From Macrostomum lignano (taxonomy: Eukaryota), in contig NIVC01000578.1 of NCBI GenBank assembly GCA_002269645.1, forward strand, positions 1 to 64,000: a stretch of DNA of 64,000 nucleotides, written 5' to 3'. The translations under genes were made by a program, and so were the position numbers. The notes beneath the pieces were generated by a model. That model saw only the letters and a program-made list of their open reading frames with translations. It had not been told where the DNA came from and did not search any database. This document shows, piece by piece, positions 12,701 to 24,700 of the stretch. The first letter of the stretch is position 1; every line of letters starts with the position of its first letter.

Positions 12701-15700
12701 GAGTTGCCGCTACCGGCCAATTGGATTTGCTTTCCCATGCAGCCTCCAGCCGAACCGACTGCTCCGAAGGCCAACTAGTAGAGCACTCTTGGCACAATTC
12801 TCGGTGCACAATTAGCCATGGTAGTCGAGCCCGGGTGCAAACTCGATTTTGGTGAGCGCTCGCCGACTTCAAGTCATTGAGAATTCAATTTGCAGTCCTG
12901 TTTCTCTGTCTCTCTCCGGATGTCTTGCAGCCATTTCTGTTGAAATGTTTTCGGAACGAGAGTCGTAGAAGAAGCGGAGAAGAATTGCAGCAGTTTGATT
13001 GCAGGTGCGCCCACTTCTGCCGCTGTCCCGAAGCAGGCAGGCGCTTACACGGGGTGTAAAAAGCGGCTTTGACCTAATTGACCTATTTTGCTTAGACCTA
13101 AATTTCCAAAGCAATCCTATATTTCTGACCCATGCAGGCTTGTTCGGCCTACCCTAACGACGGGAAGTCAGAATTCTGAAAGCTGGAACCGAGCCCAGGC
13201 TTAATTCCATATACGAGCTATAAGTAGCCAAATATGTATGCAGAATAAAAAAGTTCAGCATCGTCTCAGAGATGATTCAAACTGCCTGCCTGCCATGCCA
13301 TTAAGCTGATGCGATGTGACATGCTCAATACCCGCGGGAGTGCCGGGAAAATGGAAATGCAATTTTAGAGACTTACTTTCCTGTGGAGAGTGCATCTGGT
13401 CCAAAGATGGGACTAAGTTGTTCAGGCCTTGCCGGCTACCTACTACTTACTCTCCGGGCAAGTAGTTGCTGCGCAAAAAGCTGTCGATTTATGGTAGAAG
13501 CTGAAGCACGAGTATTAAGGCCCTGAACAAAACCGGAATTTGAAGCGAGCGAAAAACAAGTCGGCTACCCTCACGTGGAAAACTTTGCACGCACGTCCCC
13601 CGCTTTTTCTAGAAACCTGCCGCACCGTCATCTCCGCCGCTGCCACCGCCGGACTCGTCCGTCGGCGCCTTCGAGGTGGTGCTCCGTCGACTCGCCGGTC
13701 AGGGCTTCGGCTTCAGCATCGCTGGCGGAGTCGACGAGCCGCACCAGCCCGGCGACAGCCGCCTGTTCGTCACGAAGGTCGCGCCGGGTGGCGTAGCCGA
13801 ATCCGACGGCCGGATGTCTGTCGGTGACGTCATTCTGGCCGTGAACGGCGTCGACGTCACCTCTGTGTCGCACGAGGCGGCCGTATCGGCGCTGAAGATG
13901 TCGGGCGCTCAGCTCAGTCTCCTCATGTTGAGGCCGCCGCCTCAGCCGCAGCCGGCTTTGAAACCGACAGCTGAAGCTGCGCCTCTGCCGGCTGAGCCGC
14001 CAGTTACCATGGAGACTGGCACTGAGGCCAACGGAGGTACATTTCTACCTGCTTGAGTTTTTTAGCTGCTAATCCAGTAAATTCCAGGAATGTTTATCTT
14101 AATGACTCGTCATGTCAGAGATTTACTTCTCGACTTCTCGAACTCACCTCGGACTCACCTCTCGGACTCACCTCCTCGGACTCACCTCTCGGACTCACCT
14201 CTCGGACTCACCTCTCGGACTCACCTCTCGGACTCACCTCTCGGACTCACCTCTCGGACTCACCTCTCGGACTCACCTCTCGGACTCACCTCTCGGACTC
14301 ACCTCTCGGACTCACCTCTCGGACTCACCTCTCGGACTCACCTCTCGGACTCACCTCTCGGACTCACCTCTCGGACTCACCTCTCGGACTCACCTCTCGG
14401 ACTCACCTCTCGGACTCACCTCTCGGACTCACCTCTCGGACTCACCTCTCGGACTCACCTCTCGGACTCACCTCTCGGACTCACCTCTCGGACTCACCTC
14501 TCGGACTCACTATTGAAGCTTCTCCCACCCAATGCGTCTCCCGTGTTGCAGGCGGCGGCCCGCTGGAGGTGACGCTGTCCAAGACGGCCCGCGGCCTGGG
14601 CTTCAGCATCGCCGGCGGGACGGACAATCAGCACCTGCCTGGCGACGACTCGATCTTCGTCACGAAGGTGATCGACGGCGGCGCCGCGCAGCACAGTGGC
14701 CGCATCGGCTTCGGCGACCGCCTGCTGGCCGTTGACGGCCGCCCGTTGACCGCCTGCACCCACCAGGAGGCCGTGGCCACCCTCAAAGCCACCGGCGACC
14801 GGGTCCGCCTCACCGTTGGCAAGGCGACGCCCGAGGAGGTCGCCCTGCTCATTGAGCTGGATGAGGCTGCTCGGTTGGAGGAACAGGAGGCTGAAGCTGC
14901 GGCTGCTGGTGAGTTGCTGACTCATCTGTATGTGCTCAGCTATGGTTGCTGACTCATCTGTATGTGCTCAGCTATGGTTGCTGACTCATCTGTATGTGCT
15001 CAGCTATGGTTGCTGACTCATCTGTATGTGCTCAGCTATGGTTGCTGACTCACCTGTATGTGCTCAGCTATGGTTGCTGACTCATCTGTATGTGCTCAGC
15101 TATGGTTGCTGACTCATCTGTATGTGCTCAGCTATGGTCTCTGACTCATCTGTATGTGCTCAGCTATGGTTGCTGACTCACCTGTATGTGCTCAGCTATG
15201 GTTGCTGACTCATCTGTATGTGCTCAGCTATGGTCTCTGACTCATCTGTATGTGCTCAGCTATGGTTGCTGACTCATCTGTATGTGCTCAGCTATGGTTG
15301 CTGACTCATCTGTATGTGCTCAGCTATGGTTACTGACTCATATGTATGTGCTCAGCTATGGTCTCTGACTCATCTGTATGTGCTCAGCTATGGTCTCTGA
15401 CTCATCTGTATGTGCTCAGCTATGGTTGCTGACTCATCTGTATGTGCTCAGCTATGGTCTCTGACTCATCTGTATGTGCTCAGCTATGGTTGCTGACTCA
15501 CCTGTATGTGCTCAGCCAGTCTCTGATTGGTTGCTGGCTTACCATTGCCATTTTACTGTAAAGTACTTTTATATGTCTTGCGGTATTTCGCACCTCTATT
15601 TAAAGAAGGGTCTTTTCACTCTACTTGTATCAGTAGTGCGAGGTGTGCAATTTCGTTGAGCTTCCATTCAAATTAGTTAATTTTCAACCAGATCTGTTTG

Positions 15701-18700
15701 TCAATTCATTCATATTGCGCTTAACTACTCGGTAGTAGTCAGTACAGATTTGCATATAAATAAAATTTGGACGTTGCGTTTCGATTGGCGGAATTTGAAA
15801 CTGTTGCTGAAGGTAAGCCCGAGTCCCGCTGGATCATAACCAGATTACTAAAGCTAGCTGCCTGTCGCATTCATATTATTAGTGTTGCCGACACACCTAC
15901 GGCAGAATGCTACACTGTCTCCTGAGTCTGCCTATAGACCTCACTGCGAGTAGCGCTCATGATTTAATAACGGACCGTAACTTCTCACTTTGCTCTTGAG
16001 TTCTTTTAGACCCCCCCAGGTTAATGTTTAATCAGCCCCATTCATTTGTACCTTTGGCTTTGGAAACAGGCTGAGAGTTTCAAGCATTCTGAGTTGACAT
16101 GCTTTGCGTTTCTTTTTGTCATTTCTCTCGCTCAGGCTGGGTCTGGGCGCATGTGTCTCTCCACGCATTACACTGAGTTTGAGCATTTTATTCTGCGTGT
16201 ACGGGTGGGTCAGCTGACCCAACCAATAAGTCTGTACAGGTGGGTCAGCTGACCCAGTCAATAAGTCTGTACAGATTGGTCAGCTGACCCAGCCAATAAG
16301 TCTGTACAGGTGGGTCAGCTGACCCAGCCAATAAGTCTGTACAGGTGGGTCAGCTGACCCAGCCAATAAGTCTGTACAGATTGGTCAGCTGACCCAGTCA
16401 GTGTGTAGAGATTGGGTCAGCCATCTTCTGACCCAGTGAGTGTGTAGAAATTGGGTCAGCCATCTCCTGACCCAGTCAGTGTGTAGAGATTGGGTCAGCC
16501 ATCTCCTGACCCAGTCAGAGTGTAGAGATTGGGTCAGCCATCTCCTGACCCAGTCAGAGTGTAGAGATTGGGTCAGCCATCTCCTAACCCAGTGAGTGTG
16601 TAGAGATTGGGTCAGCCATCTTCTGACCCAGTGAGTGTGTAGAGATTGGGTCAGCCATCTTCTGACCCAGTGAGTGTGTAGAGATTGGGTCAGCCATCTC
16701 CTGACCCAGTGAGTGTGTAGAGATTGGGTCAGCCATCTCCTGACCCAGTGAGTGTGTAGAGATTGGGTCAGCCATCTCCTGACCCAGTCAGAGTGTAGAG
16801 ATTGGGTCAGCCATCTCCTGACCCAGTCAGAGTGTAGAGATTGGGTCAGCCATCTCCTAACCCAGTGAGTGTGTAGAGATTGGGTCAGCCATCTCCTAAC
16901 CCAGTGAGTGTGTAGAGATTGGGTCAGCCATCTTCTGACCCAGTGAGTGTGTAGAGATTGGGTCAGCCATCTTCTGACCCAGTGAGTGTGTAGAGATTGG
17001 GTCAGCCATCTCCTGACCCAGTCAGAGTGTAGAGATTGGGTCAGCCATCTCCTGACCCAGTGAGTGTGTAGAGATTGGGTCAGCCATCTCCTGACCCAGT
17101 GAGTGTGTAGAGATTGGGTCAGCCATCTCCTGACCCAGTCAGAGTGTAGAGATTGGGTCAGCCATCTCCTGACCCAGTCAGAGTGCGGAGCCTGGGTCAG
17201 CTGATCAGCAGATTCTGAGTTCATTGATTATTCATTTATAAATGGCATTGAGTCCGACAAGCTTCCGCTTTTTGTTCAGAAATGCTTGCATTATTAAATG
17301 CCCTTTGGATTTTGCTGATAGGCAATCGAAGCATTTTTGTTTTGAGTTCTTTCTAATAATTTTAAGAGACTCTTCCTCAGAACTAAAATAATTTTGAGTT
17401 CTATCTACTTATTGCCTTTTCTGTTTGCTGACGAATGAGTACTTTATCAAATTCTTATTTTTAGCAATTTCCTCTAAGAAATTAATTTGATGCAGCGGCA
17501 GTATTCTGGACCCCCAACCGCCCTCACTCACTGCAGGAGGGGCCGCTCGCGGACTGCCCGGCTCGACGAGACCCAGCGGATCCGACGCTCAGCAAAGGCA
17601 TGGTAAGTGACTGAGCTGCATGACCATACACTGACTGAGCTGCATGACCATACACTGACTGAGCTGCATGACCAAAATCTGACTGAATTCATGACCATAA
17701 TCTGACTGAATTTATAAAAAAATCTAACTAAACCCATGACCATAATTAATCTGACTGAATTGATGACCATAATCTGAATAAATCCATGACCATAATCTGA
17801 CTGAATCCATGACTATACCCTGACTGAATCCTTGATCTGCGTGTACCATGACAATACACGCAGAGCTGACTGAATCTATGACAATAATCTGATGATATTC
17901 GCAGTCATGAGGTCACAATGCAGTCATGAGGTCACAATGCAGTGCAGAGTCATGAGGTCACAATGCAGTCATGAGGTCACAATGCAGTGCAGAGTCATGA
18001 GGTCACAATGCAGTCATGAGGTCACAATGCAGTCATGAGGTCACAATACAGTCATGAGGTCACAATGCAGTCATGAGGTCACAATGCAGTCATGAGGTCA
18101 CAATGCAGTCATGAGGTCACAATGCAGTCATGAGGTCACAATACAGTCATGAGGTCACAATGCAGTCATGAGGTCACAATGCAGTCATGAGGTCACAATG
18201 CAGTCATGAGGTCACAATGCAGTCATGAGGTCACAATGCAGTCATGAGGTCACAATGCAGTCATGAGGTCACAATGCAGTCATGAGGTCACAATGCAGTC
18301 ATGAGGTCACAATGCAGTCATGAGGTCACAATGCAGTCATGAGGTCACAGTGCAGTCATGAGGTCACAATGCAGTCATGAGGTCACAATGCAGTCATGAG
18401 GTCACAATGCAGTCATGAGGTCACAATACAGTCATGAGGTCACAATGCAGTCATGAGGTCACAATGCAGTCATGAGGTCACAATGCAGTCATGAGGTCAC
18501 AATACAGTCATGAGGTCACAATGCAGTCATGAGGTCACAATGCATCCGCCCCTCTACCCGCAGCGGGATTTCAAGGTCCGCCCGACGGCGCCCGAGCAGC
18601 AGCAAGAAGTCCAAAGGACTCGGCGGCCTGTTTGGCGGCGGCAAGAAGAAATGAAAACAAATTGTGCTCCTTGCTGCTTCAAGAAGAGACAGAGCGCCTC

Positions 18701-21700
18701 TTCCCGTGTCTCGACAATGCCTTGTACTTTTTTGGATCGGCTTAACCAGTGAAATTTTCTGAGTTTTAATTCTCTGAGGTGTTACTTAATTAGTAGTGCC
18801 GCTGTCACTTGTCGCTCCTGTCACTAGTCACCGAACCGTTAAAAACATTGATCACTCATCATTAATCATTATTTACACATCAACAGTTTTTCCCCAATGA
18901 CTGAAAGTTTTTGTTTTACCGAGAATACCCAATCTTTACATTGCATTGTCGCAGCTGGTCAATTCGACATTCCCAGTTTATTCTCTCAATAAACTGTAGC
19001 GTTTTAGACAATATACTTGCGATCGTGTGATAATGATAGCTTAGTTTCACGTTTTTCCTCAACCAATTTCAAAGTACACAATATACTTTGAAAAAATCGG
19101 TCTCGAGTTCTCCCCATCAGTACCCGGTGGTCCGCGCCAGTTATTTTTGCAATCGGGAGCTGCCCGTGGAAGCAAAATCCGGTCTGGCGCAGCTGGCCAA
19201 GGCAGCGCTGCCGAAATCCCCCTCCCCGCCCAGCGCAGCTTTGACTCTGATGGCAGCTAAGGGGATTTCGCGCCTGAGAAATGCATAGTGGGGATCGGCA
19301 GTGCTGCACTCTGTTGTGTCCCCACACTCGCTGGCCCTGTAATCACTGCTCTCACTGATGCTGCCGCGTCTCCCCACCCCCCCCCCCCAACTCGCTGTGT
19401 TTTTTGCTCCGCAGCCGTGCTCATTCATTCCTTCATCGGCCCCGGGGGGGGGCTGTGACAGACTGCATGGCTGACTGGCTGGCTGGCTCGGTTTCAATCA
19501 GGCAGCGCAGATGAAGCAGAGAGGCTGCTGCAGCTCTGCCATCGGATATAATTTCAATCCGGTCCGCAGCGCCATGCGCGGTAATTACTCGAGGAGGGGG
19601 GAGGCTGATGAGGCGCACCACGCACACGCGCACTGGGCCGGCTTTGGTTCCCATCGGGTCGGCTTCTCCACTTCCCGGCCTGCTGCTGGTGTGCGGTTTC
19701 CGCCAGTGTGTGCCGAGGGCTGCGGGCCCGCGCGCTTCATCGGCTGCGGACAATGCGGAAGCGATCTGGGGGATTCTGCTCCCCCATTCAAATCTGCCGG
19801 TGCTGCTTTCTGCTCTTCTGAGCAGCTCATCAGCTCCGCGTGTTGCAGAATTCGCATATAGAGCTTGTGTAGGCATGTCCGGGTGACGGATGGCGTGCTG
19901 TCTTCAGGTTTGTGTAGGCATGTCCGGGTGACGGATGGCGTGCTGTCTTCAGGTTTGTGTAGGCATGTCCGGGTGACGGATGGCGTGCTGTCTTCAGGTT
20001 TGTGTAGGCATGTCAGGGTGACGGATGGCGTGCTGTCTTCAGGTTTGTGTAGGCATGTCAGAGTGACGGATGGCGTGCTGTCTTCAGGTTTGTGTAGGCA
20101 TGTCCGGGTGACGGATGGCGTGCTGTCTTCAGGTTTGTGTATGCATGTCCGGGTGACGGATGGCGTGCTGTCTTCAGGTTTGTGTATGCATGTCCGGGTG
20201 ACGGATGGCGTGCTGTCTTCAGGTTTGTGTATGCATGTCCGGGTGACGGATGGCGTGCTGTCTTCAGGTTTGTGTAGGCATGTCCGGGTGACGGATGGCG
20301 TGCTGTCTTTAGGTTTGTGTAGGCATGTCCGGGTGACGGATGGCGTGCTGTCTTCAGGTTTGTGTAGGCATGTCCGGGTGACGGATGGCGTGCTGTCTTC
20401 AGGTTTGTGTAGGCATGTCAGGGTGACGGATGGCGTGCTGTCTTCAGGTTTGTGTAGGCATGTCCGGGTGACGGATGGCGTGCTGTCTTCAGGTTTGTGT
20501 AGGCATGTCCGGGTGACGGATGGCGTGCTGTCTTCAGGTTTGTGTAGGCATGTCCGGGTGACGGATGGCGTGCTGTCTTCAGGTTTGTGTAGGCATGTCA
20601 GGGTGACGGATGGCGTGCTGTCTTCAGGTTTGTGTAGGCATGTCAGGGTGACGGATGGCGTGCTGTCTTTAGGTTTGTGTAGGCGTGTCAGGATGACGGA
20701 TGGCGTGCTGTCTTCAGGTTTGTGTAGCATGTCATTGTGACCTACCGTACATGTATTCTTTGACGCTTTTGTTTCATCTTACTAATCATAGAAAGATTTA
20801 TTAGACTGTGTAAGTCAGGAGTTCAGATGAGTTGTTACCTACAGCTAACAACAAACTTTCGAATTTGGGACCTGAGGGGTTGCTGGAATCTCAGCAGCTT
20901 ATAGCAGCGCTGCTAGAAGCGTCTGATAGAAGCTTCAGTAAGCAGCTGACAGAGGTGAGGACTCTGAGCCACTGGGCACGCGCAGAGTTTCTCATACACT
21001 TCTTAACTCGGCGTGTTAGCTCAGCACAGCTCAGCCCACCGCCCCTGTAGGACTCAGCTAAGCACCCAAGGTGAGCCGTGGTGAGGCGGCGGTAAAAGTC
21101 CCGCACTGACTGGCCCCGGCCTCAGTGGGGGAGCAGCTCCCCCTTAATCCCGAGCAGGCCATAAGTGGAATTGGGCATTTCACTTTTTACACTTTTATGA
21201 CCTGCGATCGCCTTCTGCCGCCTTCTACGCTGCCCCCCCCCCCCCCGCGTGTGGGACTTCGCGGCAAGGCCTGGATGCCCGCAGCTGCCTCCTCCCTCGC
21301 TTATCTTCCTACGGTTGTCTTTCCCCCTCCAGTCGGGGCTAAATTTATCCCTGAAACAGCTTCCTACCGCTTGTACTCCCATCGATCCCTGATCCCCTGG
21401 GGAAGTTCCGGGTGGCAACTCGAACGCCTGTCTGCCTGCCAGGCCGCCACGAAGAAGCTGAAAATAAACAGAAGCTGCAGCGCGACCCCGCCGCTCACCT
21501 GGCGCCTTCCAGCGCATCTTTCAGTTGAAACCTCTGCTTTTTGGAAGCAATTTTAGAGAGCCAAAGCGCCGCAAGCTAACGCTGCCTCTCTCTGCCCCCC
21601 TCTGCACTCTCGCTGAACAGCTTCCAGTGGCTCAGCGGGCGGCAGCCTTCGACAGTCGCGACCGCGGCAGCGTCGACTGCGTCAGCGGCGGCACTCGCTG

Positions 21701-24700
21701 TCGGCTGTTGGAGAGGCGCACTTGGACGGCGAACTGAACGGTTGGACTAGGTGAGTAACGGCAGATGTGTGAATTAAAAATCTAGGTCTGTGAATGAGCA
21801 ATGCAGATGTGTGAATGAGGACTTCAGGTGTGTGAATGAGAAGTTCAGATGTGTGAATGAGAAGTTTGGATGTGTGATTGAGCAATTCAGATGTGTGAAT
21901 GACTATTTCAGATGTGTGAATGAGGACTTCAGATGTGTGAATTAGGAATTTAGATGTGTGAATGACTATTTCAGATGTGTGAATTAGGAATTTAGATGTG
22001 TGAATGACTATTTCAGATGTGTGAAGGAGGAGTTCAGATGTGTGAATGAGGAGTTCAGATGTGTGAATGAGGAGTTCTGATATGTGAATGAAGAATTCAG
22101 ATGCGTGAATGAGGAATTCAGGTGTGTGAATGAGGAATTCAGGTGCGTGAATGAAGAGTTCAGATGTGTGAATGAGGGAATGCTAATAATAAACACAGCC
22201 AGAGACAAGAAAAGCCACATAATAGAGGCCAATAGGCAATATGGGTGATGGCCAATGGTCCAGTTTCTAAGCCATAGCACTCATTATTCAAGAAATTTCA
22301 ACTCTTTCATTCCGGATCGCGGAAGTCATTCGATCTGCGCCTTGCGATTTTCTCCGGCGGTCAATGCGGCCGGTCTGCCTCCCCCGGGACCGTCGGTGGA
22401 CCGGCCGAAGTCTCCCACGGCAGGATGCGTACTGGAATTCTTTCAAGTCGCCGGCCTCCCATTTCCCCTCACTAAAAGGTCCGGGTCAGAGATCCGCAAT
22501 GCCTATTTGCTATTCAAAGCGGCCTCAAATCTCCCTTAACTCCCGTCGGACTCAAACCGGCAACCTACCAACGCGAGTCTGGGGTTCGAATCTTAGTCCA
22601 ACTTCTTCCTGGCCTCCTCCGTTGCCCCCCCCCCAGACTCTCCGCTCGTTTATCGGTCGACTTGCCGCCACGCATCGCTGACTCAAATCTGCTCAGCCTG
22701 CCCAGGCCTGAGCGCTGCGGCAGCCTCGGCCAAGCAGCATGCAGGAGCCGGACTTCCTGCCCCTCAGCTGCCTGACAGGGGACTCTCCCCTCTCCCCCTC
22801 TCCTTCTCTCTCCCTCTCTCCCTCTCTCCCTGTCTGCCTCTATCTCCCTCTCCCCCTCTCGCCCTCTCCCTCTCTTCCCCTCTCCCTCTCTTCCCATCTC
22901 CCTCTCACCCTCTCTCCCTCTCTCCCCCTCTCCCTCTCTCCCCCTCTCCCTCTCTCCCCTCTCCCCCTCCCCCTCTCCCTCTCTCCCCATCTCCCTCTCT
23001 CCGCCTCCACCTCTCTCTCCCCTCTCCCTCTCTCCCCCTCTCCCTCTCTCCCCCTCTCCCTCTCTCCCCTCTCCCTCTCTTTCCCTCTCCTCTCTCCCCC
23101 TCTCCCTCTCTCCCCCTCTCCTCTCTCCCCCTCTCCCTCTCTCCCCCTCTCCTCTCTCCCCTCTCCCTCTCTCCCCTCTCCCTCTCTCCCCCTCTCCCTC
23201 TCTCCCCCTCTCCCCTCTCCCCCCTCCCTCTCTCCCCTCTCCCTCTCTCCCCTCTCCCTCTCTCCCCTCTCCCTCTCCTCCTCTGCCCCTCTCTCCTCTC
23301 TCCCCCTCTCCCTCTCTCCCTCTTTCCCCTCTCCCTCTCTCCCCCTCTCCCTCTCTCCCCCTCTCCCTCTCCCCCTCTCCCTCTCCTCCTCTGCCCCCCT
23401 CTCTCTCTCCCCCTCTCCCTCTCTCCCCTCTCCCTCTCCTCCTCTGCCCCCCTCTCTCTCTCTCCCCCTCTCCCTCTCTTTCCCTCTCCCTCTCTCCCCC
23501 TCTCCCTCTCTCCCCCTCTCCCTCTCTCCCCTCTCCCTCTCCTCCTCTGCCCCCCTCTCCCTCTCTCCCCCTCTCTCCCTCTCTCCCCCTCTCCCTCTCT
23601 CCCCCTCTCCCTCTCTCCCCCTCTCCTCTCTCCCCTCTCCCCCCTCTCCCTCTCTCCCCTCTCCCTCTCTCCCCTCTCCCTCTCCTCCCTCTCTCCCCCT
23701 CTCCCCTCTCTCCCCCTCTCCCTCTCTCCCCTCTCCCTCTCTCCCCCTCTCCCTCTCTCCCCCTCTCCCTCTCTCCCCCTCTCCCTCTCTCCCCCTCTCC
23801 CTCTCTCTCCCCTCTCCCTCTCTCCCCTCTCCCCTCTCCCTCTCTCCCCCTCTCCCTCTCTCCCCCTCTCCCTCTCTCCCCTCTCCCTCTCTCCTCTCCC
23901 CCCTCTCCCTCTCTCCCCCTCTCCCTCTCTCCCCTCTCCCTCTCCTCCTCTGCCCCCTCTCCCTCTCTCCCCCTCTAATTCTCTCCTTCTCTCTCCCCGC
24001 CTCTCCCTATCTCTCTCTACCTCTCTCCGCTCCGTGTCTCCTACCTACCTCTCTGAAGCATCCTCTCACTCTTTCCCAATCTCTCCACTCTCCACTTCTC
24101 ATTCTCACCCTGGATCTCCCTCTCCCGGTATCAATTTCCTTCCCCTCCCTCCACCCCGCTAGCCCGGTGCCCCCCAGCAGCAGCCGCTGACCCCAGCAGC
24201 AGGAAGTCGCAAGGCGCTGCCGCGGTCTTGGTGGGACTCGAGCAGCGGTGGCCGAGAGTGCAGCGGCGGCCGCGGTCACCGATCCGCCTGCCTCTGCCAC
24301 TCCCTCTCGCTTCCCAGCTCCTCTCCGCCTCGCCACTTCCCACTGGCTCTCCCCGAGCTGCCATGGGGATTTACGCGCCCTCTTCTCCCTTCCTGCCCTC
24401 GCCCCTCTGCCCCGCTACCGAAGGCCACACTTTCCCCGCCCCTTCTGCCAGTAAATATATAGAGGCTGCGGCCGAGGGCGGGCAGAGAGGAAGAAGAGGC
24501 CCAAGCCCCTCCCGTGCCGCAGCCGCATCCGCCGCAGTTTCCAAGCCCCATCGCCCCGAAACTGCTTGTTCCTCTTTGAACTGGCGGCCTGCAGCAGACA
24601 GCAAGAAGCAAGCGGAACGCAAGAAAAGTTTCTTTCTCCATCGCTGCCCCCAGGCGAAGCCGAGCCGTAGAATAAAGGAGACGCTTCCCCTTTTCCCCGC

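Noticed and set aside
14053-14572. ORFs of SDSPLGLTSRTHL repeats fused to PDZ2
   Set aside because: Read-through of an intronic 13-bp minisatellite; real splice sites at 14036/14552 skip it.
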